Shown here: positions 23,251 to 37,717 of the stretch, in pieces
How positions within the stretch are numbered: the first letter of the stretch is position 1
Layout: the number at the start of each line of letters is the position of its first letter
Source: Catajapyx aquilonaris
Taxonomy: Eukaryota
NCBI GenBank assembly: GCA_000934665.2
Contig: JYFJ02001670.1
Coordinates: 1 to 64,000 of the forward strand
Direction of reading: 5' to 3'
DNA length: 64,000 nucleotides
Made by a program: the position numbers and the translations under genes
Notes under the pieces: model-generated
Database searches by the model: none
Told to the model about the DNA's origin: nothing
What the model saw: the letters and a program-made list of their open reading frames with translations, nothing else

Positions 23251-24130
23251 GATTTAAAATAAGCCCTGTCAGAATTTATTGTAGTTACTGACACCACAAC
23301 TACAGTTATGAAAGCCGCAAGTTTGTTAATAATGACTCCAATACATCAATATCATGCAATGCGTCACTTGTTTTCAAAACAGGTGCGACTTTCTCCAAAC
23401 TCTGAAAATCTAACCGGCTGAACTAACCTCCATCACTTCTATAATACTATTATGACAAGTTTTGGCCTAATCCGTCATGTAGATGTCGAGATAGAACTTT
23501 AGCAAGCTCCCCCACATTTCGCCTGCTCCACCTCCCTTCAATCCCCCTACTTCTGTCCCTTGTATTGGATTGCACTCAAGTTGCAAGTACGGCCTAATAA
23601 GAGTTTCTTTATTAGTGTACTTTGTACACTGGGGAATTGATTCGTCGCCCAGGTTCGTTAAAAGTTTAGCTATAAATAGCAACTCTTTTAAAGCTAGCTT
23701 GATCGACAAAAGGCAATGTTGTTTGACCTTGTAATTATCAGTGGGCTACCGCATCGCTGTCAAAACAACAGGAAATAGTAGAGGACCTAGGAGGCTAGTG
23801 ATAGTGCTTCCAAGGGGGCGGGTGAGGGTGATTTTCGGGAATCTATGAAGGCAGCGCATGTGCAGGATGGAGAATCGGGAGGAGCCACGTTAGGTAGGCA
23901 GGCAGGTTCTCGACTTGGCTCAGAGTCGTGTGGTCCTCGGTGAGTGCAAGAACCAACTTGTCAGGTCTCCCCGTTTTCACCCCCATTTCCCCTCCACTGA
24001 ACGTTGTGCCCCCTACCCACAGCCCATGTGCGGCACTTGACTCTCAGCCTACTCCTAGCTTGAATCGACAGTAGCACTCTGAGTGCTATTCGACGCAGGC
24101 CACAGCTGCTCGACACACATTTACTCCACT

Positions 24131-24188
24131 ATGTTTTGGATCCTGAGGAAGAGCCACTTATTCAGCGTCATCAACAACAATGCGCAAG
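24131..24188 (+). CDS. Small C2H2 zinc-finger protein, probable first coding exon (MFWILRKSHLFSVINNNAQ-G)
   Basis: ATG follows a GC-richer promoter/UTR-like stretch (23800-24130); donor CAAG|gtagga, phase 1, compatible with the exon at 57385; the linkage is inferred from phase only. Confidence 0.6.
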
Positions 24189-27100
24189 GTAGGAGCTTGG
24201 GTTTTGAGGCTTAGTGCACTCATTTTTCTTGCCTGACATGGGTCCAGGTGGTCTTTTTCAGATCCGCAAAAAAGTAGGGTCATTCCACGGATATTGGAGC
24301 ACGAAAGATATGTAGTAACATATGCAAATTTGGAGTCAAAAAATGTTTGTTCTTATGCATAATTTCTAAAAGAAAAGTTTGTCAAGTATAGTTGATACCA
24401 GGGGAGTTAAAAGTTGTACTTGCGCAAAATTATCAGCAGTAATTTATAGCTAATAAAACAAAAATTTGAACGACAAATTTTACTGGTAGAATAGTAATGT
24501 GATGCGAGCTGACTTAATGCAACTTATAATTTCATACATACAGTGTACAAATAATTATGTTCACGTATAGTCTGAAACCAAGGATAGCAGAAAACTTTTG
24601 TCCGCTTTCTGAATCCCTTTGGTTAATCCAAAAGACAATTCCTATCTCCTCTCCGCAGTCCTCCCGAAGCTTCTTAAGTTACGGCGGAATTGTCCTATCA
24701 GGGAGGCGAATTCCGGGAGCGTTCGCGCACTGTCTTTCGGATTCACAAGAAACCGGAACTTCTGTCTCCGGTTGCAGGTGGATGGCGTATCATCCGTTGC
24801 TTTGTTTTTGACGACTTATCATTGACACGAGTTAACTCGGCGAGGTCACGGCTAATGGTTTCTGTCGCTTATGAGCATTGTGAAATAATGAGACTTAAAA
24901 CACTAGTAAGCTCTTAAGACGCGATAGGCTTAAACCTAATTTAACAAATAATTATCCCATGTTTAAGCAAGAGAAGAAGGGTCGTACTTTTGTTCCATTT
25001 CGTCATATTATTTTTCGCGACGGGATGGTAATGAAGAATTAAATTGGCGCTGCTTCCCATTCAGCGAGGATTTAGCCAGGGCCGAGGTTAAACAAAAAAA
25101 AAAACGGTACTAAATTCATTTTCAGCATGACAAAGTAGCGCACTGCATATACTGTGAGTTTCATTGAAAAATTCCACTGTACATATTGTACCATCTATAT
25201 CTTTACGGATTTCAGCAATATGAATAGCCACCGTGCGCAATAGTGGTTCCTGTGGCTGGCACTATCATATTTCATTCCATAACAGTAGAAGTGCGGCTGC
25301 AAATATGTTTGCTAGTCGCTGTTTTGGTCTAAGCACTGCTGACATTTTCATCATCCTGGAGGCATGTTTTGCCATCAGTCACGGATATTTTGCTCGGAAA
25401 AGAATGTTGCGTTCACTTTTCTTGCACATTTTTTCCCGTACATTAGGCGAGACTCTACATGCCTTTTTAGGGCCCACATTCTATACCGATCCAGTCTATA
25501 GCTGTTTCAAGCCTTCCAGTGCACACATCATGTGTCTGCTCTCAGGGGCTATGTCTCAAGAAATATCACTGCAACTGTCAACATGAATCAATAACGGCTG
25601 TCTTTGACGACCAGGATAGGAAAAGTGCATGGTGTCGAGAAACGCAATAATAGGTTGGACAGTGCTATTGGGTCTGTCGGTGGCGGATAAGACGAGCGGA
25701 GTGCAATTTTTCTTCAATTAAATGGTTGAAAAGGGGGTTATAGTTCTGATCCGACAACGGTTCCTCGATGAAAAGGCAAGGTCAGCACCTGCCAACGAAA
25801 ACGGGACAGGAATTCAATAGGGCACTGGCTATCCCCATGAGTCGGAGATAACGCCATGCAAGCTCAGAACCCGGAGATTAGCGGTGTAGCCTGTACTTCC
25901 GTACCGTGCACGTCAGTGACCTGCATGGGACCGCCAAAACATGATTAACGTTACAAAAAAGGGGGGGTTGTGGTATTGGATTGTTGGCTCGTTCAAACCG
26001 GAACTTTGAAGCGCAATGCTGGAGAGAAGAGTGATAGCACTGTTGCGATTGAGGGTCTACTTGATAGGGCTATAAAAATGAGTATCGGGCTTTGCAATGG
26101 GCTCGGTGAGTACTTTTTTTGAGGGAGAGGTGTTGCCAGCAGATTTGAAAGCTCTGCTGTAGCGAATTTTACAATTTTAAATATTGTAAAGTTCGCAATT
26201 ATTGCATAGCAGTGATTTCAAAGGGGGCCCGACGAGAGACCTATTCAGGGTTTTCTTAGATGACCATAAAGTGCATGGAAATGGAAAATATCGCCTGTAT
26301 CACTAGTTTCTCATATCAATGGCTCCTTGTGAAGTCTTTTCAAAGTTAAAAAGAGAAGCTGTTATTGGTCGTTTATTCGTGTTTTTTTTAGATGGCTCGG
26401 AAAGGCAGAACAAGGGATGCGCTTGATCTGGACGACTGACATGACATTTTTCATTTCCCATAAGCATTCAATTTCTCGAGGTAAATCTGAATAGGTCCCT
26501 CGGACTCGCCGATACGGCTTGTTGAACAAAATCGTCATTTTGAAATTGGAATAACGGTCACCTATAAAGATTCGCCAGGTAGCTGCAGACCCGTGTCAGC
26601 ATACATAGCGGAAAGTGCGTGGGCAATTCCAGGAAATCCCCCCCCCCTTTCTGCAAAAAAAAAAATAATAATCGCTCTAACGAGGTCTTTCAATAATAGG
26701 ACATAAAGCTAACGAGTAACGACCTATCGCACCAGAGCAGACATTTCTAACGAACAGAGAAGGAAACTTTCGCTCAATCTCCCCTGCCTTTGGCACACAT
26801 GTCATTCTGGCGTCGACAGCTAATCTGCTGCAATTTTGCCGTAATTAGTCCTTTCCCTCACGCTCTTGTTCCTGCCCCTCGATCGTCAGTATGAGCATAA
26901 TTATTATACGAAGCGGACGGAGGAAGTGACCATGCTGCGACCTATGGCGACACGAGTCGCAGGGTTATGTGATGAAAATTGTAGTTATATTTGCATATAA
27001 CCTTTGGCTCTAGCACACTTTGTACGTGCCTCCTTCAATTTGTCCCCACTTGCCAACTCTAGCGGGTAATGAAATTAAAATTTTAACATTGCCACTCGTA

Positions 27101-28136
27101 CGGCGCTCGGAAGGATTCCTGTTATAATGGTTACCGTTAGCAACGTTACGAATCTACGTCAAGTATTTCAACGGAATGTGGTTAGTGCCTCGTGCATAGG
27201 ATGCTGCAGCTAATCCTGGAGAGTGACGCAGTATCTTCCGATCTATCGTGAACAAAAGGTTACTGATATATTGTGCATGCAGTTGAAAGTAGCGAAGGGG
27301 TCAAATTTTTGTACTTGTCTATTTTGGGTGTATACAGTACTTCAATATTAACGAAAGGGAATGAATAATATGTCTCCTTATCCGAGTGATTATGATCATA
27401 ATTATGGTTGACATCAAAGGCATTGATATAATCATATTGTCTTACGTCAATTTCGGAGAAATGATATGGCTTGTTATGTAACCTGGTGTTTTGTTACGTT
27501 TATAACTCAGGGAATACTTTCGTGGATGGTCCGTCGTTTGGAGGGCCGTTCCCTCATGCCGTAATCGGAGTGCCGGCGCGGCGTGAAGTGGGACCATTGC
27601 GTCGTCGAACTGATCTGTTTGTATGTGGGCGATGAGGCACTGCCATAATAACTCTTGTACATCATCAACATCAACAACAATAACCATATACCGATCATGG
27701 TAGAGGAATGCTGTTTTGATGTAGAAAACAACATCAAACTAATCAGGAGATGCGACGTATGCTGATGAGCCATAAATATTTAGCATATACGTCATTTTCT
27801 CATGCGTTACGAGCTTACGACAACAGAAGTGTAGATGACGTGACATTAATCTGTGCATTAGCATGGAAATGACATACTTAAAATGACACTAAATTTGAAC
27901 GTATATTCTTACGTAACATGCCCACACGAATTCATTACGAAGAGTGGCAATAAGCATGCGTATTTGCGGTTGTACTTATTTTTTCATTTACCGTACAAAG
28001 ATGTATTCTCAGAGTTATGGTAATGTAGGCCTACTGTACGTCCTTCAATATGGCAGGTATAGGCTTACTAGTAATATACATAATATTATGAAAGAAAGGC
28101 ATCGTAAACATATAATGGGGTACTACCGATCACTAC

Positions 28137-28266
28137 AAGAGGCATCGAATTACTGGTGTACAAGCATAATATATGCTTGTAATAATAGTACACCAGTAAT
28201 TCGATGCCTCTTATGATTATATACGGCGGTATATCATATTATGATATACCGCCGTATATAATCATA
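28137..28266. repeat. Two abutting hairpins (25-bp arms with an inner hairpin; 27-bp perfect arms with a 1-nt loop)
   Basis: aagaggcatcgaattactggtgtac...gtacaccagtaattcgatgcctctt; tatgattatatacggcggtatatcata-t-tatgatataccgccgtatataatcata. Confidence 0.9.
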
Positions 28267-30758
28267 TGGAAAATTATGTGAAACTTACAATATATAATTA
28301 TGTGCAGCTGACTGCCTTAAATACTATAATTGAAACGTACGCATATGATTATAGTTGGGATGCACGCTACAGTATATGGATCTATGCTGATTCCACTTTT
28401 ACTAGCCGACGCGACGTTCACTTTTTATTTAGAAAATTGCGCATGTGTACTGTAATATTACATTCTCAGTTGAAACATTTTCAGTTTAAAATGATATAAC
28501 TGCAACATGCGAAGAAAAGTATTATCTCCAGCAACCGCAGCATTGGTCGTTAGACGGAATTTTGTCGGCTTTCACGTTATTGGACTAGGCAGGTTCATAA
28601 TATTGGATATTGACTTTTCTCTTACTCTCTGGAAAAGAGGAAAAGCGATTGTCGTCCAAAAGTAGTGATAATAAAACTTTACATTTTTCAGGAATTGACG
28701 AATTCTGGCTTATTTCAATAATTAAACTCTGATCGAAAGAAGTCAAGGCTATTCTAATACGAATCAAAAATTCGTACATTTTAAATTAAATTGGTTTTTA
28801 TAAACAATTATAGGGCGTAAGGTAAAAACCTTGAAGAAATATTATTACCTTTTGGAAAGTATCAGCCATTTTCGCCATCATTTCTAGACACTTAGTATGC
28901 TAATCATAATCGATTAAACATTTTTGTTCTGGTAATTTCAATCAAAAAGTGAAATTCACCTTGCCCAATGACATTTACTACTTCTTCCAAAGTCTGATGG
29001 AATTTCAGATCTAATCGAACGTTGCCTGACTAGGTGGAAATCAATGTCATCCGAGCCAGGAATTATGTCACAGGAAAAGAAGGTAGAACCGGATGCGAAA
29101 TTTTTCCTTGAAAGATCAAAGCTGTATCCGTGATCAAGAATATACTATATCACTTCCTGTAAATAAAAAGGATGTGTAACTTGATTTCTATTCCTTTTAA
29201 GGGCTGAGTACAGAAAAATATGATCTATATGCGACTTCCATATACTGTATATACCCACATCCCACATGCAACAAGTTACACAAACCGGAAATAGAATTGG
29301 TTTCCATTAGAATATTCGGAGAAAATCAATAGGATTATTAGCCTTCCGGGGGAAAAAAGGTTTTCTGTGTAACTCTGAGAATGCCCTTAGCAACAGTAAG
29401 AAACTTGCACTCCACCTTTTTAAATAGTATAGCCAATATTTCACAGTTTGACCTTCAGCTGGAGGCGTTGGCAGTAAAGGATAAAGTTCTGATGCTTCCT
29501 TGCAAAAATTCTTATAAAATTGGACACTGTAGGTGGCTTGCTCATCTTCAGGGCTGAAATTTTCAATCATTTATTATAATGTGAATGAGATGTCAAAAGT
29601 TATGGCGTGTATGTCATTACTCGAAGCAAACATATCAATTGATTAATTCTACGTAGTTTTGAAGGCGTGTCCTTGTTGACCTTCTTGACATGGTATGCCA
29701 ATATTGCAGATCCTTCTGGATGTATCGGTACTCCTAACCCCAACATATTCATCAGTCAATACCGCCTCGCAGAATATAGCAGTTGCTAAGCATGCTCAGT
29801 TTTTACAAAATTATACCATCGATGTGGTTACCAAGGCTGCTCACTACCACAACTGCGAAGCCATTGAATTACAGCTATATACCTGTGGCGATTTTTACGG
29901 ATTCTCTCCACAAATAGTGCCTGGCTCACTTGCAGACTTTTGATTGTAACTGCGTACGGCCATCCGGCCATGATACCAACCGACTGTGTGTATCCGTATA
30001 TCAGCAAAACCAAGAGAAGAACTTCGCAATTAACATCTTCCCATCGGTCTTCCCAGAGCGGTGATGACTATATAGTATAGGAATGGTGTGTCATATAGTT
30101 ATTTTTTCTAGCTTTCGCGAAAGATCTCCGAATTATTGCGGGTACTAGATTCGGCAGCGGACATAATTCTTGAGACGAAGGAATCAGTGTTACTGCGAGA
30201 TACGTGGGATGGTAGGAACTGGGCGTTCAAAATAAGTTACTCGGTGCCATTCGAGCATCTCCTGTTTCGAGCAATCGATTTTTCATTTGCTCCTACAACG
30301 GATACTTGTATCATACATATAAAAGTGTCTCCGATAGACCCCCGAGCGGCATTAGGACCTATCTGATGTAAAAAAAAAAATATGGAGTCTGCCCAAAATT
30401 CTAATGATCCTGACGGGCATGTTAGTATTCCACCAGACTAATCTCCCAATGTTGTTTTAAGGCGTTACTATAATTAATATTTCAGCAACCAATATGGTAT
30501 TAAAAATCTTACATGAATGTAAATTACGCGACGAATATTTATTGTCAGCAGCTCACTGCTTCTTTGGATATTCAGTTCAAAGTTTGTAATAGCGTTCTTG
30601 AAAAAGTGAGTTTGTAATATGGTAATGGCTTTTAGTGTGTAATACATGCTTATTGTGATATATGTACTTTTTGGTAGAACTTTCTTCCCTCATGGAAATG
30701 ATGCTTGACAACAGGATTGGATTTTAAGTCATCCTATTACGTGGCTTCGACATTGTTA

Positions 30759-30908
30759 AGGCCATTTCACAAAAATAATGTCGCGCGGCAAACGGCGCGA
30801 CTTGCGGCAAATTTTATTGTTGCCAACAATTGGCAACAATAAATATAAATAAAAATTTGCCGCAAGTCGCGCCGTTTGCCGCGCGACATTTTTTTTGTGA
30901 AATGGCCT
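30759..30908. mobile_element. PIF/Harbinger (Tourist-like) MITE
   Basis: TTA|AGGCCATTTCACAAAAA...TTTTTGTGAAATGGCCT|TTA; almost entirely palindromic. Confidence 0.88.
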
Positions 30909-31792
30909 TTAGTCTACTAATATTGTCGCTCTTTCTGTGTGTCTTTTCCCTTTTGGCTCTACAATTCGTGGACCATTATCAGAGAGACTAATCTACTTTG
31001 TAACACATATATTATCCCATTCATCCTGCCTATTAAGGAAATTGATATTGTTTCTTTTGCATTAAAGATAAACGAATCATTTGATTAATACGACTATTGA
31101 CAACATTTCTGACACTATTAGCTGATATAAATTCATGAGCTTTTGGAAGCTGATGTTGTTTAACGGGAGGGAGGAAGTTTTTCTCCCTAGGGAAATATGG
31201 CAGTACGCTCCAGCTACGTTCTGAAACTGTTTGAACAGTAGAATGGACTGAAATAAATCCGACAAGCGTTTCTAGTCAGTGTAATATTTTGGAAAAAGAG
31301 ATCCATCGCAGAATTCCTGTGGGATCTGTGCTGCTGCACACTCAGCTGATTATGCAGGGTTGTTCATTTCCAGAGCTGACCGGGTAGGCCACGATGAACT
31401 CCCGCATACTGTATCGCCAAATTTTTGAAAGTAATTAGAACAAAGAATTCAGACGGTATAGAAATGACGAAATTGTTCTTCGTACGTTGCGTATACTCAC
31501 GTAGATACAAATTGATCCACATTATTCAGTGCGTGTTATTTTGTCCATTTTTAACTTTTCCAAGTGAATGTTTTTGCCCGCCTCTTCAGATCCATTATTG
31601 CATTCCTACAATAGAGCATGGGGAATATTACTTTATGCAATAGATGATCAGCCAACCAAATCATCTACACCCAACTTTCCTGCGAGTTAAAAGCCTAGTC
31701 ATAACTAAGCCATGTTTTCACAGCATTATCGGTTTTTGCATTTCGTTTCCTTTATGAAAATGTCTTCTCAGTTGTTAGCGCCAGGTCTGTAA

Positions 31793-32017
31793 AGGGTGGT
31801 ATCCACTGCTCAATATCAAAGGGTTTCAACCCGTTCAACCCCTTGAATCAACCCTTTGAGGGGCTTGAACCGAGTAGAGCATGGCCTTACTTGATTCAAC
31901 CCATTGAATTCAAGGAGTTGAATCAAGTAGGGCCGTGCTCTACTCGGTTCAAGCCCGCTCAAGGGGTTGAACGGAACGGGTTGAAACCCCTTGATATTGA
32001 GCAGTGGATACCAGCCT
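31793..32017. mobile_element. PIF/Harbinger (Tourist-like) MITE
   Basis: TAA|AGGGTGGTATCCACTGCTCAATATCAA...TTGATATTGAGCAGTGGATACCAGCCT|TAA. Confidence 0.88.
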
Positions 32018-33300
32018 TAAGTATAGGAATCAATTCAGGCTCTGAGCTGCACGGTTTCTATTCAAAAACATGATTTTACAAGCAATCCAATATGCTGATA
32101 TAAAAATAGACAAGCTTTAATTGGTATAAAATTCTCAAGAACCACTCTTTAGTATTGAATCTACATTAAATTAATGTCAGTGGGCAGTAAGGCCCACTTG
32201 GTGATCCCACCTTCCTTTACACTGGAACAGAAATTAGAAAATGGATGGCAGGGCACGTATTTATTCAGCGGAAGGAAGCCTATGTCATCACTTGGATAAG
32301 CTCAGCGACTCAGCTGTTTGATTGGATAGGGAGAGCTGGCAGACTTAATCTGAACCAAATCTTGCATTTCCTGCTAGTCAAGTCCTGAGATTTTCCATCC
32401 TATAAAGTCACACTTCAGTGAACTTTTCAGGATAAGACCCCGAAAGTTCCTCCTTCTACCCTCCGATTTCCGGACGCAACGGATCATAATTGAATGTCAA
32501 TTCCGATTCACCGCAATGGCTTATGGGATAGTTTGATCCGACCATAGAATGACGGTCCTCAACAAACATTAGTCGGCTATTTAGCTGGACTTAAGACTTC
32601 TTTTGTCAGTTTCCAAGAAGGATGCTGGGTAGCCAATAATTGGCAGTAAGCCTCGGTGGTTTTTGCAGTGACGACGTTTCTAAAGGTCATGTGATGTCTT
32701 TTGTCCTCCACTTCGTTATTGGCTGTGAGGTAGCAAATGAAAGAACTTCCTACGACTAGCTGCCTTCATGACTGAGAAATATGTAGATTAATGGCTGCAA
32801 CATTGCATTGTTGGTGTCACCACCATTTCTATTGTTAAATGTGCAAATCGCTTCTTTGGAAGCGGAAGCCCTTCGATGAATAGAAATCCCCGGTTCTGAT
32901 AGCACCTTTTGTTTTCCAAAGCTACAATATAAGAAGTTCAGGCCACCAACTGTGAAAGTTAAGCCTTGAACAATGAAATTTTGCAGCTTTTAAGCTGTTT
33001 TTCTCGGCAATGGAGGCAGAACGAGATCGTTGCCATACCTCCATTTTTCTTGCCTATGCACAAACCAACATGATACACTCTAATGGGCTACGCTTTCATA
33101 ACAGGAGACCCAGCACTTTTACCTACTTTCATAGGCGTGTATCTGCTGAAAGATAGGCGTGTATCCGCAGGGAAGGAAGGTTAGGTTGGTGCAGCGTGCC
33201 CCTACCATTGGTTTCGGTCTGCCATTACGAAAGTCCATCCCTCTAATACATGTCAGCAATTTAGAGCACAAAACTGTCACAATGTAAATAAACATATCTG

Positions 33301-33540
33301 ACCGAAGCAGGTTGGTGTAGGGGATAAGGAGCCCGCCTGCTAATCAGGAGGTCCTGGGTTCGAATCCCGGGGCCGGCGACCCGGAGAATGGTTTTCTGTG
33401 GTTTTCCATGGTCTCCTCCAGGACAATTCCGGGGTCGTTTCCGTAAAAATAGGCCACAGCTGCTTCCTTCCCTATCCTTGGTCCCATCCGATGGTGGTAA
33501 TCCACCCCCCTAAGGGAACCAAAGGCACGGGGTATGATAA
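33301..33540 (+). mobile_element. tRNA-derived SINE, family A, short form
   Basis: A/B boxes, shared body and tail, (ATAA)n end, approximate TSD aaataaac(a/c)tatctga. Confidence 0.9.
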
Positions 33541-34167
33541 ATAAATAAACCTATCTGATTGTTATAAGTTCAAAAGTGGTCTGTTTGAGGGGGACAATGC
33601 GGATTAATTAAATTATTATGGCTATTACGGGCACCGAAAGGAGAGGTGGTGCCACCTAAATTTTTATGCTCCATCAGCAGGTTCAATATTTGCACTGGAA
33701 ATTACCATATATTCCGCGAATCTGTAGTACTCGCACTCCAGCTGCTGCACACATATTCATGGGGTGCATGGAAATTCCACGCTAATGTAGATAGTACTGA
33801 TAGAGTATAAAAATTGAGACGAAATATCTCATGCCCTCTCATGCAAAGAGAATCAATAATCATGAATAAATCTGCTATTATCTGGGGGAATACTATTGAC
33901 TCAATGACAGTCAACGCGAGTTTTATCAATACGATAACAATACCAGAGCTAGTGACGGATAATTTATAATCTACAAGCAGGAAATAGAGGAAAAATAATT
34001 ACATTATTTGCAAGATTATGCTTCATTTCACGAGGGTCAAGGCTGTCCAAATGATAAATAGGGATTGGGCTGTAACCAACATCATTTTTTTGGTGTGTTG
34101 AACTGTCTGTCATAGTCTACCAAAATGCAAACCACGGTACTTTGCGTCAATATTGGATTATGGGAGC

Positions 34168-34230
34168 TAGGGAGAAAAAACATGTTAACCGCCAGTGGAG
34201 TACTGGCGGTTAACATGTTTTTCTCTCTAG
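34168..34230. repeat. Short hairpin
   Basis: ctagggagaaaaaacatgttaaccgccagt...actggcggttaacatgtttttctctctag. Confidence 0.85.
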
Positions 34231-37200
34231 CCTTTCATTCCTCAATATTGTACTAGTGTGTAGGTTGTATGGTGTATACACTAATAATATCACACACCAC
34301 AGTTGACTCCCCAAGGTGGTCAGTTGAGCATATCCAGTGTGACTACAAGGTAATCAACTGCCCACTCCATTTTTCTGTGCACAAAGGGCTCTCGCTGCTG
34401 GAGTAGCTCACACTTGATTTGTTCACAACCAACTCCGGAACAAAAGCACGTCAAACTGATTTTTTTGGATGGTTTGAGAGAGAAGTTCTGAGGTAAACAT
34501 ATACTCGCGGGAATCTTACGCAGGTAGCGTAAGTCTAGTTTTGGACAAGAATGAGTGTGAGGATGCTGCAAAATGTATACTAACAATTGGTAGACCACAG
34601 TTGACTATCCTTGGTTGTTAATGATTGGTCTGACCCATGGTCTTAGAATACTAAGGTCTGGACACCTGCCATGTTGTGTCCCCCAATGTAGCGCTTCCCT
34701 TTTGTACCTATAAAGTTCAGCGTAGACCGGTAGGGTCGCCACATAACAGTGCAGTGAAAGGTCTCATGGCGCTCTCAGCAGGTGAGCACCTCATGCAAAA
34801 CGCCCCGGCAGGCGATAAGATTGTAGGGGTAGTGTCCGGGGGCTGGTCTGACCAAACAAGTTAGATTATTGTATGCGCAGGCGTGTCCTAACATGAGCTC
34901 AATGCCAAGTAAAATTCCAATACTATTCACTATAGAGGTGACTAGAAATTAGACAAAACGAGGTATGGTTCAAAATATCTCCTTTCGAAACCTCACTCTA
35001 TAGGTAAGTATTTGCTCTAGAGTTGGAGTAGGGACTAGCCCCCCCCCCCCCTCCCCCGAATTTCAGAGGGCATTGAAAAGAGCTTTCTGTCGTCCGTCAA
35101 ATGAACGAGTACTGCTGAAGTTTAAAGAGTCGAACGAGTTAGTGGACTACTCTGTCATTCTATTGGAATTGACGCTTGCAACAGGGACCAACTGGAACCC
35201 CTAGCAGCTGTGAGTGAAAAGGCCTGGTTAAAAATGAATCGCTTTAAAAAATTTCTTATTTCCCCTTTTGACAAGTAGGGATCAAAGTTGCAAACTGACC
35301 AACGCAGTGCAGTGGTCAAAATTGCGACATGTCTGCTTGTGACATTGTACTTGATGTGAGGCAGGAAATGAGAGTCATTCTCTCTCTCCCCAACTTCCAT
35401 TCGCCAAGAGCTTCAAAAATGGCCTTATCTAATATGACAATCATGATTATGCGCCTGTCAGTGGTGAGGAATAAAGCCCTCGTTATTAATACAACTAGTT
35501 TCTCCGCCAACACAGAGTGGAACGCTAAGTTGACACTTTGGAGTAAAACATGATGGATTACTCTCTCCTACCTACACATCGTGATCTACCAGTGATGATG
35601 CGCATGCGCGACTGGAGTGATTTTTTTTGTTGCTTCCCTGTACACGGACACCGAATAAAACAATCACGACGTGTCCCTAAAAAGGTGTAGTCAGCAGTGT
35701 TAGAGAATCGATTCTGTTCTCTATACAGTACAGTGTAGGTCTGTCAGTGACGCTTCAGAAGCCCATCGATGTTACGCAATTTTCCGAACCGGAGGGGCGG
35801 CACTTCGGGATGTAGTACAGTATTACTTCCTTTGACGTTAAGGGTAATTACTCAGAATTGAAACTTTGGCTGAACGGCCCCTGATGGACTTCTGGGCAAT
35901 ATTAATCTTGCGCTTTAGTTGAAGAAGAAAACTACTTGCCTTGATCATCTTGTACATGGGCTGCTTCGAGTTAGCGAAAATGTCATACAAGGTCATGCTA
36001 TAGATATTAGTACTATGTCTAAGGCTTAGCATGCGCGTAGTGTTCTTTGAGACTTTCCCTGCCGCCATGGCGGTACGCTCGCAGTTGAATCAAGTATAGT
36101 TATACGTTAGCTAGCTGTTAGCGAAAAATAAAATTAACAGAAATATTTATACACAGATAATTCAGAAAAGTCTTTAATGTGTGCCTGTTGACTATAATTA
36201 AAATTAAATATTTAATGAGGACCTAAGGTAAGTAGAGATCAAGGCGTCACGTTTCCAATTACTTTCAGAGTTTCATTTTCCTTTACTGTAAGACATAAAC
36301 ACGTGTCGCTCATTGCCAGCCACACATTTGATGTGACTAAATTACTCTGGCGCAATTTCTGTCAAGACCAGACCTAATTACATGGGCATGTTACGCGTGT
36401 TAAACGAGGCGAAATTGATTTATTTCGCATTTGACTCCCACATTGGTCGACGAAGCTGGTTGCATGGGGACCATTTGTTCCCCTCGAATTCCTTTGGGAG
36501 AGGGGAAGGTGATGGAAACGCTTTTTACGGGCAACATTCATTGAACAAGCAATACGCCAAGGTGCCCACTGCCCATATTATTCCCACTTGTGTTTCCTGA
36601 CACTTTAAGTAGCTGTTAAACCATACGCCTTCTAATTATGATCGTCTTTGATTGCTCATTTTCTTTTTGAGTCAATTTGTGGATATAACGTTCAAATTGC
36701 AGTTTGTCTACCAAGTGTTAGTTATGGCGCATGCCGTGATGAAATGTTATTAATTTCCACTAATTTTCCTTTAATGTTTAATGTTTCTGTGCATTCTGGT
36801 TTCTGATAGTAACGTAGTTGAAGTGAATATATGCATGAAGTTGTCAGGTGTGTCCAACTTATGGTCCTTGACCCGTATTCGGCCTAATTTCTCATTGGGT
36901 GTGTTGCCTGCGACGGCTCTTGTAGAATTCCAAACGGTCTGCCTGAGCGGCCTTGTTGCTTCTCGTGTAGCCTACTACTCGATGAGAATTTGAAAAAAAA
37001 ACCTTGCCGTACTTGCTATAACAACAATATAACAGACGAATACCGTGCACACATTTATAGATCTAAGTATTGCATTCGGAGTGCTGTAACCCTGTAACGA
37101 ATATACAATAAGATATAACAGAAGTGTACAGTGTGTAACAATTGAGATACCGTTTGATAGAGCAATTTTAGCACTTATCTGCTTATTTTTAAGGAAATCA

Positions 37201-37685
37201 TTTTGTACAATTACGTTTAGAATTTAACACAAATATTCGCTGGAATGGACTATCTTTTAAAGCAATTGCGAGGGCCTAATTTGCAACCAAAAAACTAGGT
37301 TCAACATTTGACTAGAGGTCTAAATAGGCCATTATGAAACCAGCCTTGCAATGATTTACGCTCGCAAACATTGCAATTCAGGACCTGAATGAGTGCATTT
37401 ATTCCACCCAATATTTGCAGCTAACATTTTTTATACTCTCAAAAAATAACTATTACAGTAACTGAGTAGTGACAAAAATTGCGAACTGAAACGGAAGCTG
37501 GAAATTACAATACAGCAGTGCCCCCCCCCCCTTTTTTTAAAAAAAAGCGGGTAGGCCTGTAAATATGTGCTGCGCCTACACTGTATGCAACAGCACCCTT
37601 GTTTCATGTGTTGCCTAACCAGCAGGCGCACACTTGAACATACAAGGTCAACGGTGCATTCGTTTCAATTCAAGGTCGAAATATA

Positions 37686-37717
37686 CAGGGTGTTGACATT
37701 TTAATTGCAACACCCTG
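37686..37717. mobile_element. Minimal 32-bp Tc1/mariner-type element (ends only)
   Basis: TA|CAGGGTGTTG...CAACACCCTG|TA; same terminal 9 bp as 43384-43694. Confidence 0.55.

Noticed and set aside
25230..26100. Possible decayed LINE reverse-transcriptase remnant
   Set aside because: Only a vague resemblance; no intact motif such as YADD is readable.
27442..27773. GC-richer patch with overlapping ORFs
   Set aside because: No domain, consistent splice pair or element boundaries found.
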